Source: a virus. Taken from it: DNA of 64,000 nt. The stretch lies in IMG/VR virus record IMGVR_UViG_3300008261_000005; one strand, 5' to 3'. The notes beneath the pieces are model-generated. The model searched no databases. It saw nothing but the letters and a program-made list of their open reading frames with translations, and was not told where the DNA came from. This document shows, one piece after another, positions 47,381 to 56,822 of this stretch (position 1 is the first letter of the stretch; each line of letters begins with the position of its first letter). Both the position numbers and the translations under genes were made by a program.

Positions 47381-48957
47381 TGAATACAAACTTAACGGCT
47401 ACACAAAGCGATTACGCAAAGTTTTTGCCAGCAACGTCGACATTTTATTCGACGTTTGTTGGTAAACAACGTCATTTTAATTATGTAGACCCCACTCGTA
47501 TTCCGCCATCATTTGCACACGGTGCGGAGAGTCTCAACTATTTGGATCCAGACAAGGGTGCATTTTATTATCACTGGTGCTTGTATAGTGCTGGACATGC
47601 TAACTTAGACTTGAATAAGTTTGATCCAAAAGAGGATATGTTCCGTAACAGAGATCGCAATACATCTTGGGTGTTAGGTGACTCTGGTGGTTTCCAAATT
47701 GGTAAAGGCAAATGGACTGGTGATTGGAAAGATCCCAACTGTCCACGTGCAATGAAAAAGCGTAAACAAGTTTTAGCTTGGATGGATACCTTAATGGACT
47801 ATGGTATGTGTCTTGATATTCCAAGTTGGACTGCTAAAAATCCAGAAAGTCCTAAACTAATCGGCATTAGCAGTTATGCTGATGCAGTTAATGGCACATA
47901 TATTAATAATGATTACTTTGTTAATAATCGAAACGGCAATTGCAAGTTCTTAAACGTATTACAAGGCGAGAATCACGGTCAAGCAGATGACTGGTATGAT
48001 CGCATGAAAAAGTATTGTGATCCAAAGCAATACGGTGATCGTGCATTTAATGGCTGGGGTATGGGTGGCCAGAACATGTGTGATGTCGAGCTTGTACTAA
48101 GACGATTAGTTGAATTACGTTTTGATGGATTGTTAGAAAAAGGTCATCAAGATTGGATGCACTTTTTAGGTACAAGTAAATTAGAATGGGCAGTATTACT
48201 TACAGATATTCAACGTGTTGTTCGCAAACATCATAACGAAAACTTTAGTATCAGCTTTGACTGTGCAAGCCCGTTCTTAGCAACTGCTAACGGACAGATT
48301 TATATTCAAACAGAAACAGAAGATCGTAAAAAATGGACATACAGAATGACATCAAGTGCTGATGACAAGAAGTATGCTAACGATACACGTTTGTATAAAG
48401 ACGCAGTTATTCAAGATGGCATTTTAAAAGTATTTGAATCTAGTCCCATTATTGATCAGATTAAACTCAATGAAATTTGCATTTACGGCCCAGGCGATAC
48501 TAACAAGTTTGGACAAGTTAATAAAACATCGTGGGATAGTTTTAGTTATGGCATTATGATGGGTCATAATGTTTGGATGCATTTGAACGCTGTTCAAGAA
48601 GCCAACAGACAATATGATGCTGGTCGTTGCCCTAATATGTTAGTTGACGAACGTTTTGATCAGATATTCTTTAAAGACATTGTTGAAGCATTGTTTGCTA
48701 CAAGCGACAAAGGTACTGCGTTAAAAGTTATCGATGAATTTAGATTCTTTTGGAATCGTGTTATTGGTACACGTGGCGCAAGTGGTAAGAAAGCTATCAA
48801 TGCTCATACAAATTTTGAAAACTTGTTTGAGGTTGTAGAAACTGCTCCAGTTGTTGCACAACCAGTTGTTGAACATAGCGATGAATTTAGTGAAGATGAA
48901 ATTAACAAACTTGATGAACTAGAAACTGAAATCGAGAAAGAAGATGACGCTACCTGA
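47380..48957 (+). CDS. dpdA: TGT-fold guanine transglycosylase (DpdA-like, 7-deazaguanine insertion into DNA)
   Basis: TGT motifs in order: 'GDSGGFQ', 'CLDIP', 'NVLQG', 'GWGMGG', 'MHFLG', 'SFDCASP'; folE/queE/queD-like genes downstream. Confidence 0.75.
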   Translation: MNTNLTATQSDYAKFLPATSTFYSTFVGKQRHFNYVDPTRIPPSFAHGAESLNYLDPDKGAFYYHWCLYSAGHANLDLNKFDPKEDMFRNRDRNTSWVLGDSGGFQIGKGKWTGDWKDPNCPRAMKKRKQVLAWMDTLMDYGMCLDIPSWTAKNPESPKLIGISSYADAVNGTYINNDYFVNNRNGNCKFLNVLQGENHGQADDWYDRMKKYCDPKQYGDRAFNGWGMGGQNMCDVELVLRRLVELRFDGLLEKGHQDWMHFLGTSKLEWAVLLTDIQRVVRKHHNENFSISFDCASPFLATANGQIYIQTETEDRKKWTYRMTSSADDKKYANDTRLYKDAVIQDGILKVFESSPIIDQIKLNEICIYGPGDTNKFGQVNKTSWDSFSYGIMMGHNVWMHLNAVQEANRQYDAGRCPNMLVDERFDQIFFKDIVEALFATSDKGTALKVIDEFRFFWNRVIGTRGASGKKAINAHTNFENLFEVVETAPVVAQPVVEHSDEFSEDEINKLDELETEIEKEDDAT

Positions 48958-49189
48958 TGAAAGATATCGAGCAGTATTGCAGACTCAAAAGTTTTTACTT
49001 GAGATTCTAACTACTCCTCGAGTTCCAAAAGCAATTAAAGACGGCGCTAGAAGTTGTTTGCGTCATTATCCTAGCGACTGGGATATGGAGCAGGCCGCAG
49101 AAGCAAGCCCGCATGTGTTTGCCAAACGCATGGAAGAGGTAACTCGAATGTTTAAATCCTACGAGGAAAAGAAAAATGAGCAAGCGTAG
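48944..49189 (+). CDS. Conserved small hypothetical protein
   Basis: 'MTLPDERYRAV...PRVPKAI...LRHYP'. Confidence 0.6.
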   Translation: MTLPDERYRAVLQTQKFLLEILTTPRVPKAIKDGARSCLRHYPSDWDMEQAAEASPHVFAKRMEEVTRMFKSYEEKKNEQA

Positions 49190-50060
49190 TCTAGTCATTG
49201 GTATGGGTATTGGAAACTTGTACAAATCTGTGCTAGACAAACTTGGCCACGAAGTTATTACTGTGGATCAGGATATTACAAAAGGTGCAATGTTACCCAG
49301 TATTGATTCTGCTATACTATTGTATGCTCCGTTTGATACTGTACATATTTGTACACCTAACTTTACACATTTTGACATTGCAACCCGAGTTGCACCTGTA
49401 AGTAAAATTGTATTTGTTGAAAAACCTGGTGTTGCTCGATCAGAAAACTGGGCTACATTGGTTCAAACATTTAGCAATACACGCTTCATGATGGTTAAAA
49501 ATAACATGTGGCGTAGTAATATAAGTGAATTAAAGGAATTAGCCGCTAAAGCAAAGACTGTAGACATATTTTGGAGTAGGAAAAATTGTATTCCCAATCC
49601 AGGCAGCTGGTTTACTACTAAAAAATTAGCGTTTGGCGGAGTTAGTAGAGATCTAATGCCACACTTACTAAGTCTTTATGTTGCTATGAATCCAAACTGG
49701 CTAAAAGAACAACAAACTGGAAGACACTCACTACAATGTCATAATCTGGAAAATATTAAAAGTACTGAATATGGAACTATAAATCCTAATGGGACATACG
49801 ATGTGGATGATCGTTGCCATCTGTTATTTGGTAATAAATGGACTTTACTAGCAGATTGGGCTAATATGCATGAAGACGATAGCTCTATTAAATTTACAAT
49901 GGAAGATGGTAGCGTAGAACGTTTTGAACTAGGTTGGTGCCCAGAAGAAGCATATCATAATATGATTGTTGATACTATTGAAAACCTAACTAACAACAAT
50001 TTTTGGCAAGAACAATTACAACAAGACTTTTGGATACATGAAAGGATAGAAGATTTATGA
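49176..50060 (+). CDS. Gfo/Idh/MocA-family NAD(P)-dependent oxidoreductase
   Basis: 'VIGMGIG', 'ICTPNFTH', 'VFVEKPG', 'GGVSRDLMPH'. Confidence 0.85.
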   Translation: MSKRSLVIGMGIGNLYKSVLDKLGHEVITVDQDITKGAMLPSIDSAILLYAPFDTVHICTPNFTHFDIATRVAPVSKIVFVEKPGVARSENWATLVQTFSNTRFMMVKNNMWRSNISELKELAAKAKTVDIFWSRKNCIPNPGSWFTTKKLAFGGVSRDLMPHLLSLYVAMNPNWLKEQQTGRHSLQCHNLENIKSTEYGTINPNGTYDVDDRCHLLFGNKWTLLADWANMHEDDSSIKFTMEDGSVERFELGWCPEEAYHNMIVDTIENLTNNNFWQEQLQQDFWIHERIEDL

Positions 50061-50950
50061 TAGTAGATACATTACAAACAGACGGTAAAGGTGCTTTCTT
50101 TGAAGCAAAGTACGATGTACAGCCTCCTGGAGAAACAGAAATCCAAGTAGCAGCGGTTATGACTGGTATTTGTAGAAGTGACATTGATATGATGCAAGGA
50201 AAGTTTGCGTTATTGCCATCAAATATGCATGGTCACGAAGGATTGGGTCAAATTATTGAAATTGGTAATAAAGTAACTGATGTTAAAGTAGGAGACCTTG
50301 TGGCAACACGTGGCGAGCCTGCGTATGCGGATGTATATAATGTACGTGCTAGAGAATATGTTAAGGTACCCGAAGCTGATCCTAAATACATACTAGAACC
50401 AGTAGCATGCGGGATTAATATTATTCATCAACCCATTAGAGAAATTGCAGAACGAAGTGGGCCAGGTAAGAGATTGCTGATTATAGGCAGTGGCTTCCTT
50501 GCTTGGGTTGCGTATCATACAATTAAACTAAATCATTTAGATTTTGAAATCACAGTAAAAGGTAAAAGCAATAAACGTCAGTGGGGAGAACTGCTTTCTG
50601 AAGAATACACTGGAACCTTTGACGTTATTATTGATTTGGGTTCAGGCCCAGATGTATTTGATCAACCAATCGTAAACAACGAAGCGTTAATTGTGTTTGG
50701 AAATCAAAAGCAAGTAAACACTGATTTTGGTAATTTACTTTGGAAAGCATGTACTATTATGTTCCCTAGTCCAAGAACTGAAGGTTTTTATAAATGTATG
50801 CAAGATGCGGCTACTTGGATTGAAAACGGTGACATAATTGTTGATAGATTTTGGTCAAACGCATATCCTAGAGTATCACAGTGGGAACAAGCATTTGAAG
50901 AAAGTATTAATCGAAAAGCCAATCAAAGCAGAGGCTACTTACTTTGGTAA
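50057..50950 (+). CDS. Zn-dependent medium-chain (MDR) alcohol/sugar dehydrogenase
   Basis: 'GICRSD', 'GHEGLG', 'VKVGDLV', 'LEPVAC', 'IIGSGFL'; no structural-zinc Cys lobe. Confidence 0.85.
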   Translation: MIVDTLQTDGKGAFFEAKYDVQPPGETEIQVAAVMTGICRSDIDMMQGKFALLPSNMHGHEGLGQIIEIGNKVTDVKVGDLVATRGEPAYADVYNVRAREYVKVPEADPKYILEPVACGINIIHQPIREIAERSGPGKRLLIIGSGFLAWVAYHTIKLNHLDFEITVKGKSNKRQWGELLSEEYTGTFDVIIDLGSGPDVFDQPIVNNEALIVFGNQKQVNTDFGNLLWKACTIMFPSPRTEGFYKCMQDAATWIENGDIIVDRFWSNAYPRVSQWEQAFEESINRKANQSRGYLLW

Positions 50951-50958
50951 AATTGGAT

Positions 50959-50987
50959 TTGACTTTATATATTAATTATTATATACT
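50959..50987 (+). promoter_or_regulatory. sigma70 promoter TTGACT-17-TATACT
   Basis: Intergenic, upstream of the 50994 operon. Confidence 0.7.
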
Positions 50988-50993
50988 TACAAC

Positions 50994-51530
50994 ATGTTAG
51001 ATACACAACAAAGACAAGACGTCACATATTTTACAGGCTACGAAGTAGAGCATACTGTTTGTCATGGCATGTTCACTTTGTTTGTTGTAGGCACACCTCC
51101 TTTAGAAGACATACTTCGTAAGGCAGGGGATACACAAGCATACTTGGACGAAAGCAAACGTATTAAACATATTTACTTTGGCACTAGTCAAAGTTTTAAT
51201 CCTAAAAGTATTAGCCACGAAGAATATAAAGCATGGGATGAAGTTATTATTGGCTGTTTAAAAGCAGACTATTGGGTTACTTTAGACTTTGGTGTTGAAC
51301 ACATTGAAGGTGTATTGGAATCAGCATATAACGAATATCCTCGATTTGTTCCCATGATTAGTGTCAAGTTACCTTACATTAATCAACTCAACTATAATGC
51401 CACACTTAAACTGGACGACCGAACTTGGGGTGCTACAAATCCAGGTGTGTGGACACATCACTTACAGAGCTTGATGAGTAAAGACAAGTACACTCATTGG
51501 GATCAGTACACACAAGATACAACACTATGA
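50994..51530 (+). CDS. Conserved hypothetical protein in the deazaguanine cluster
   Basis: ATGA-coupled to the QueD-like gene. Confidence 0.6.
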   Translation: MLDTQQRQDVTYFTGYEVEHTVCHGMFTLFVVGTPPLEDILRKAGDTQAYLDESKRIKHIYFGTSQSFNPKSISHEEYKAWDEVIIGCLKADYWVTLDFGVEHIEGVLESAYNEYPRFVPMISVKLPYINQLNYNATLKLDDRTWGATNPGVWTHHLQSLMSKDKYTHWDQYTQDTTL

Positions 51531-51922
51531 TTCTTAAACAAGATATACGGCCGCTTAAAATGATTTGGGTCACATTTCAAAAGGAAGGCATCCATTGCTA
51601 TCCTGCGGCCGCAACAGACCCTAACCTAGCAACAGGAGATCAATATGATGTATCGTTTCTTGCTAATCCTCATCGTCATATTTTCCATTTTAGGGTATGG
51701 CTTAGTGTCACCCACAATGACAGAGATGTGGAATTCATACAATTCAAGCGATGGCTTGAACAACTGTATTCTAGCGCACAAGGTGTTTTGTCGCTAGATC
51801 ATAAGAGTTGCGAAATGATGTCGGACGAATTGTACGACACTATTTCCAATAAGTATCCAGGCCGTGAGGTTTGGATTGAGGTCTCCGAAGACGGAGAAAA
51901 TGGTTCATTTATTAAGTACTAA
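51527..51922 (+). CDS. QueD-like T-fold protein with LxxxHRHxF motif (QueD paralogue/DpdL-like)
   Basis: 'EGIHCYP...FLANPHRHIFHFRV...DRDVEFI...SCEMMSDEL...VSEDGENG'. Confidence 0.7.
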   Translation: MILKQDIRPLKMIWVTFQKEGIHCYPAAATDPNLATGDQYDVSFLANPHRHIFHFRVWLSVTHNDRDVEFIQFKRWLEQLYSSAQGVLSLDHKSCEMMSDELYDTISNKYPGREVWIEVSEDGENGSFIKY

Positions 51923-51941
51923 AATTAAAGGAAATACTCCT

Positions 51942-52181
51942 ATGAAAAACGAAGTCGTTAAGATTTTTGATGACCTGGACAACTATCTCGACTTTTGTCG
52001 CTTTGAGTTGCGTAACTATAACCCAGCCGACCTTTATAATAGGGAAAGTCAAAATTGGCGAGATTTTGAGTACAGCCGTCGACCTAAGAAGGCATGGAAC
52101 GGTGAACGTAAACCTTATTTGGGCAAGAATCCTCGTCCACATAATCCAAATTTTAACAGCAAACCAAGGTTCAAAGACTGA
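51942..52181 (+). CDS. Hypothetical protein
   Basis: AAGGA RBS; coupled to the glycosyltransferase. Confidence 0.6.
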   Translation: MKNEVVKIFDDLDNYLDFCRFELRNYNPADLYNRESQNWRDFEYSRRPKKAWNGERKPYLGKNPRPHNPNFNSKPRFKD

Positions 52182-53254
52182 TGAAAGTCTTTTTAGTCGA
52201 CCTTGAAGCAGTTGACACACGGTACACTGGTCAATGGAAAACTAGTGTACCCAAACTACTTAAAAAGGCAGGACACAATGTTCAAATTATCTCTGGTCCT
52301 ATGGACATACCTAGTGCTACCACTCCAGGAGCGTTTCTTAACTTTGGCGGGACTAATATATACAAGGCTAGTCAAGTTGAGCAGATGGGTCGTTTATTTT
52401 GTAACGGAGCCGTTCATTCCGGCGATCACTTTATCTTTACTGATGCTTGGCATCCTGGTATCATAAACTTAAAGTACATGAGTGAGTTGCTAGGTATTCC
52501 GGTAACTACACACGGCTTATGGCATGCTGGATCATATGATCCACAAGACTTTCTTGGACGCTTGGTTGGTGCTAAACCTTGGGTTAGACATGCTGAGAAA
52601 AGTTTCTTCCATTCATTTGATTATAACTACTTTGCTACAGAGTTTCATATTAACATGTTTACTGAAAACTTGTTCCATGATACTCTTACTCCACCAAACT
52701 ATTATACTAATCAAAGTAAAATTATACGCACAGGATGGCCCATGGAGTATATGGAAGATACGTTAACAATGTATAAGAACATGCCCAAGCGTGATCTTAT
52801 CTTATTCCCACATCGTATTGCTCCAGAAAAACAAGTTAATATTTTTAGAGATTTAAAAGAACACTTACCACAATATGAATTTGTCGTATGTCAAGATCAA
52901 CAACTGACTAAAAATGAATATCATAATTTATTGGGTGAGGCAAAACTAGTGTTTAGTGCTAATTTGCAAGAAACATTAGGCATTAGTTGTTATGAAGGCA
53001 CTGTTGTAGATGCAATTCCAATGGTTCCTGACAGACTAAGTTACAAAGAAATGTACTTGGACACATTTAAGTATCCAAGTAAGTGGACCGAAAGCTGGGA
53101 CGCATATAATGTATATCGTCCTAATTTGTGTAAAGAAATTATACAGCATATGGATAATTACAGAACTAGGATTCCACAAATTAGAAAACAAAAGGATATC
53201 TTAAATGAACAGTTCTTTAGCGCCAGAGACTTACTCAATAACATTAAACAGTGA
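52181..53254 (+). CDS. GT-B fold glycosyltransferase (GT4-like)
   Basis: 'FPHRIAPEKQ' and E-x7-E motif 'QETLGISCYE', 'PMVPDRLSYKE'. Confidence 0.8.
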   Translation: MKVFLVDLEAVDTRYTGQWKTSVPKLLKKAGHNVQIISGPMDIPSATTPGAFLNFGGTNIYKASQVEQMGRLFCNGAVHSGDHFIFTDAWHPGIINLKYMSELLGIPVTTHGLWHAGSYDPQDFLGRLVGAKPWVRHAEKSFFHSFDYNYFATEFHINMFTENLFHDTLTPPNYYTNQSKIIRTGWPMEYMEDTLTMYKNMPKRDLILFPHRIAPEKQVNIFRDLKEHLPQYEFVVCQDQQLTKNEYHNLLGEAKLVFSANLQETLGISCYEGTVVDAIPMVPDRLSYKEMYLDTFKYPSKWTESWDAYNVYRPNLCKEIIQHMDNYRTRIPQIRKQKDILNEQFFSARDLLNNIKQ

Positions 53255-53570
53255 CACAATTGACTTGTCGTCAATAACAAGTGCCAATACTGTAACTATA
53301 GACACTTCCGTGTTTGCTGGAAGTTATACACTTGCAAGCGGAAGTATTAGTACAATCTCTCCTTTAGATACTATTACTATTGGTGGATCAGATAATTGGA
53401 GTTTTAATTTACCAATTGAATGGGTTGATAGTTTCCCTAGCTACTCAGAAGTTGAAAAAATGTGTAAGGAATATCCTGCTTTAAAAATTGCATTTGAAAA
53501 ATTCAAACAAACTTATGCAATGATTGAGGACGATTGGGAAGCAAAGAAAGGCAATAAATATGCTTCTTAA
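53205..53570 (+). CDS. Hypothetical protein (Ser/Thr-rich N-terminus)
   Basis: ORF overlapping both neighbours; start uncertain. Confidence 0.5.
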   Translation: MNSSLAPETYSITLNSDTIDLSSITSANTVTIDTSVFAGSYTLASGSISTISPLDTITIGGSDNWSFNLPIEWVDSFPSYSEVEKMCKEYPALKIAFEKFKQTYAMIEDDWEAKKGNKYAS

Positions 53571-54015
53571 ATTTTTAGAACACATTGGACGTAAACGTAT
53601 TATTATGGATCGCCAAAACGGTGCTCCACTTATCACACGTTACTATTTGTTCCTAAAGGATCGTAACTGGTTTCCGTTTAACATATTTTTACACAAGTTT
53701 CATCAGTCAGATCCTGGCGATGTACATGATCATCCGTGGCCTTATGCTACACTGATTTTAAAAGGCGGATACTATGAATGGATTCCGTTATTTGACGAGC
53801 AAGGTAATATGTCAGGTGAAATGTGTAAATGGCGAGGTCCAGGACATTTTCGTATATGTAGTGCTAACAGCTATCATCGTATTGAGCTTGATCCTAACGT
53901 AACTGCGTGGACATTGTTCATGCCAGGTCCACAAAAACAAGAATGGGGATTCCTTGTTAAAAATAAATGGATACATAATGAGCTATATCTTGAAGAACGC
54001 AAACAACATAGCTAA
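53560..54015 (+). CDS. Cupin/DSBH-fold protein
   Basis: 'LHKF...DVHDHPW...ILKGGYYE...YHRIEL...WTLF'. Confidence 0.7.
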   Translation: MLLKFLEHIGRKRIIMDRQNGAPLITRYYLFLKDRNWFPFNIFLHKFHQSDPGDVHDHPWPYATLILKGGYYEWIPLFDEQGNMSGEMCKWRGPGHFRICSANSYHRIELDPNVTAWTLFMPGPQKQEWGFLVKNKWIHNELYLEERKQHS

Positions 54016-54346
54016 TACTACTAGTGGTGGCTACGTTTATACAACTACCAATACATCAGGACAGTTTTTAACAAGTGGGTCTAACGGTACAACGTGGACT
54101 AATCCAAATGACAATGTTATGATTGTTAAACAAACTCCGCCAGAATTAGAAGTTAAAGGTCGAATGGTTATTAACGGCCGTGACTTGGAAGAACGGTTAA
54201 ACACAATTGAAAAAGTCTTGCAAATTCCCGAAAGAGATGTTATACTTGAAAAGAAATATCCAAAACTAAAAAAGATGTATGACGAATACATAAATGCATT
54301 GGGTAAGTATAGAACATTTGAATCAATTAAAGGCGATCATGACTGA
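53978..54346 (+). CDS. Hypothetical protein
   Basis: ORF; start uncertain. Confidence 0.55.
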   Translation: MSYILKNANNIANTTSGGYVYTTTNTSGQFLTSGSNGTTWTNPNDNVMIVKQTPPELEVKGRMVINGRDLEERLNTIEKVLQIPERDVILEKKYPKLKKMYDEYINALGKYRTFESIKGDHD

Positions 54347-54566
54347 TAAACCAAAAGCAACTAAAATCGAATTTGCACCAGGCTGCTTTGATAATTTTGA
54401 TGGCACACAAGAAGAACTTGACGAACTTGTTTCTGAAATTCATCGTATGTTCAAAAGTGGAGAACTTGAAGAAAACTCCCATGAGGTAGATATAGAAGAT
54501 TTAGATGAAGACATTGTTGAAGCAATTATGCGTTCAGAAGAAGATGATAATCGTAATTTACAGTAA
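54339..54566 (+). CDS. Acidic hypothetical protein
   Basis: AGG RBS, overlap with the upstream gene. Confidence 0.55.
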   Translation: MTDKPKATKIEFAPGCFDNFDGTQEELDELVSEIHRMFKSGELEENSHEVDIEDLDEDIVEAIMRSEEDDNRNLQ

Positions 54567-54574
54567 GGCACTTA

Positions 54575-55126
54575 ATGAAAAAGGTTTACTATAGCTGGAG
54601 TCAAATTGAAGGTGCTTGTTTAGATATTGCTAGACAGCTACAGCAAGACAACTGGCGTCCAGATTATATTGTAGGTATCACACGTGGCGGTGCTGTGCCA
54701 GCAGTACTGCTTAGTCAATATATGGGAATTCCCATGCGTCCATTACAAGTAAGTTTACGTGATGGTGGAGATTGTGTAAGCGACTTAGGCATGGCTGAAG
54801 ATGCATTTGGTTGTGTCCCTAGTGAAGTACGAGAATCCACTGGCACGTTTGTTGATCCGGCTTACAGAAAAAAAATTCTTATTGTAGACGACATTAATGA
54901 TCAAGGTAGCACTATTGCCTGGATCAAACAAGACTGGCCAAGTGGCTGTCATCCCGATCACGATTTTTGGAATCACGTGTGGGGAGGCAATGTTCGATTT
55001 GCTACACTAACTAACAATATGGCAAGTAAAGAAACTGTTGACTACTCTGTTTGGGAAGTCAACAAAGCAGAAGAGGACTGTTGGTTAGTTTATCCTTGGG
55101 AAGAGTTTTGGCGCAATGACAACTGA
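54575..55126 (+). CDS. Type I phosphoribosyltransferase (xanthine/guanine PRTase-like)
   Basis: 'IVGITRGGAVPAVLLS' and PRPP loop 'ILIVDDINDQGST'. Confidence 0.85.
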   Translation: MKKVYYSWSQIEGACLDIARQLQQDNWRPDYIVGITRGGAVPAVLLSQYMGIPMRPLQVSLRDGGDCVSDLGMAEDAFGCVPSEVRESTGTFVDPAYRKKILIVDDINDQGSTIAWIKQDWPSGCHPDHDFWNHVWGGNVRFATLTNNMASKETVDYSVWEVNKAEEDCWLVYPWEEFWRNDN

Positions 55127-55496
55127 TATTGAAAGGGCACTTGATGAAAAACGAGCACCGTGGACCGGTATTGAATACCGAACTAAAGACTATTGGGTCT
55201 TCCGAGATGCATACCCAGTTACGGAAGGACATCTGTTATTTGTGCCTACCAAAGAAGACTGGGACCATCTCTGGGATTGTTACAAAGCCGCATACAAATT
55301 TGGTTACATGGGCGTCGAGTCGGGCAGGTGGGACGCTTTTAATGTCGGACAAAACTGTGGCGAGGCTGCTGGACAAACAATAATGTATCCACATGTACAT
55401 ATGATTCCTAGACGCAAGGGTGATATGGAAGATCCACGTGGAGGTGTTAGACATGTTATTCCAGAAAAAGGAAACTATCGTGTTAGCGACAAATGA
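55116..55496 (+). CDS. HIT-family nucleotide hydrolase
   Basis: 'DAYPVTEGHLLFVP', 'AGQTIMYPHVHMIPRRKGD' (first His replaced by Tyr). Confidence 0.88.
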   Translation: MTTDIERALDEKRAPWTGIEYRTKDYWVFRDAYPVTEGHLLFVPTKEDWDHLWDCYKAAYKFGYMGVESGRWDAFNVGQNCGEAAGQTIMYPHVHMIPRRKGDMEDPRGGVRHVIPEKGNYRVSDK

Positions 55497-55689
55497 GAAT
55501 CAAGTAGCAGTATTATGGGACAACCAAAATGGTTTTTGGTGGAATGAAACATGTGCTCTAGTACTAGAAGTATTTGGATTGCCTGGAAACAGATACGAAT
55601 CTCATCCTGAAGAAGATTGCATGACCTTTACATTTAAAAATAAAAAAGATGCTGATTTATGTCGTATACTTTTGAGCGAACGACTATGA
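55480..55689 (+). CDS. Hypothetical protein
   Basis: GTG start after AAGGA. Confidence 0.5.
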   Translation: MLATNENQVAVLWDNQNGFWWNETCALVLEVFGLPGNRYESHPEEDCMTFTFKNKKDADLCRILLSERL

Positions 55690-55883
55690 AGGATATTATC
55701 ATTGTCATACTTGCCGTTACAATATTGAGTATCTTTGGATATATGATTATACAAAATCAACCTCAAGGTAGATATTACGATTGCGGAATGGCAGAATGGC
55801 ATCCAGATATTCCGCAATCAGTTAAAGAAGAATGCCGCAAGCGGCACTACGAAAACTATAAAAAAGATCGCAACATAATTTGA
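55686..55883 (+). CDS. Small membrane-anchored hypothetical protein
   Basis: N-terminal hydrophobic helix. Confidence 0.55.
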   Translation: MKDIIIVILAVTILSIFGYMIIQNQPQGRYYDCGMAEWHPDIPQSVKEECRKRHYENYKKDRNII

Positions 55884-55895
55884 TGGAAACAACAT

Positions 55896-56003
55896 ATGAC
55901 TCTTAAAAATAAGATAGAAAATTTACTTGAAAAATATTGGTTAGAATATGTAATTTTCTGGTTTGGTATAGGGTTTGTTGTATCTTATGGATACTTTAGT
56001 TGA
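55896..56003 (+). CDS. 35-aa membrane microprotein
   Basis: MTLKNKIENLLEKYWLEYVIFWFGIGFVVSYGYFS; GGA upstream; not in the ORF track. Confidence 0.4.
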   Translation: MTLKNKIENLLEKYWLEYVIFWFGIGFVVSYGYFS

Positions 56004-56028
56004 CATTTGCCTAAATAATCTATATAAT
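56000..56028 (+). promoter_or_regulatory. sigma70 promoter TTGACA-17-TATAAT for folE, with CCTAAATA late-like motif in the spacer
   Basis: Perfect consensus boxes. Confidence 0.85.
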
Positions 56029-56051
56029 GTACAAATGATCGGAGAATTAAC

Positions 56052-56822
56052 TTGACAACATTTACAACAGAAGACTTGAAGAACGCACTTACCGGTGCAG
56101 AACAACAAGGCGACGACAACAAAGATTACAAAGAAGCATACTTAGGCGATCATATTCGTTTTAAGATGAAACGTGAAGGTAAACGTTTTTGGGCAGGTGA
56201 TAACATCAGTGAATACTTGCACGAAGGTGATATAGAAAAATTAATTGACGAAGCAACACCTGCATTTGAGCAAGTGCTTGATAGTTTACTTATTGATAGA
56301 GAAAACGATCCTAATAGCAAAGGCACAGCACGTAGACTTGCTAAGATGTATTTTAACGAAATTATGGCAGGTAGATATGAATCAGCACCAGACGCAACAT
56401 GTTTTCCAAATGATTCGGCGGACCGTTATGAAGGCATGCTGGTTGTTCGTAGCGAGCTTCGCAGTATGTGTAGCCATCATCACCAACCCGTTACTGGCGT
56501 TGCTTATATTGGTATTATTGCGGCTGAGAAACTCATCGGACTTAGCAAGTATACAAGGATCGCTCAGTGGTGTGCCCGTCGAGGTACTCTCCAGGAGGAA
56601 CTTTGCAATGACATTGCTAGGGAAATCAGCCGAGCAACAAATTCCAAAAACGTAGCAGTATACATTCAAGCAACACACGGTTGCTGTGAGAATCGCGGCA
56701 TTATGGCACATAGTTCATTAACACAGACAACTGTACTTACTGGTTCATTTAAAACTGATCCAGGTGCTAAGAAAGAGTTTTTTGATAACATTAAATTACA
56801 ACAGGAGTTTGCCCCAAGATGA
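56052..56822 (+). CDS. folE: GTP cyclohydrolase I
   Basis: 'TARRLAKMY', 'SMCSHHHQP', 'IGLSKYTRI', 'QEEL', 'HGCCENRG'; TTG start with GGAG RBS. Confidence 0.95.
   Translation: MTTFTTEDLKNALTGAEQQGDDNKDYKEAYLGDHIRFKMKREGKRFWAGDNISEYLHEGDIEKLIDEATPAFEQVLDSLLIDRENDPNSKGTARRLAKMYFNEIMAGRYESAPDATCFPNDSADRYEGMLVVRSELRSMCSHHHQPVTGVAYIGIIAAEKLIGLSKYTRIAQWCARRGTLQEELCNDIAREISRATNSKNVAVYIQATHGCCENRGIMAHSSLTQTTVLTGSFKTDPGAKKEFFDNIKLQQEFAPR

Noticed and set aside
47380-48957. Host-type tRNA-guanine transglycosylase (tgt)
   Set aside because: Longer than bacterial Tgt, no evident C-terminal CxCxxC zinc site, located in a phage replication operon with folE/queE; DpdA-like call preferred but not proven
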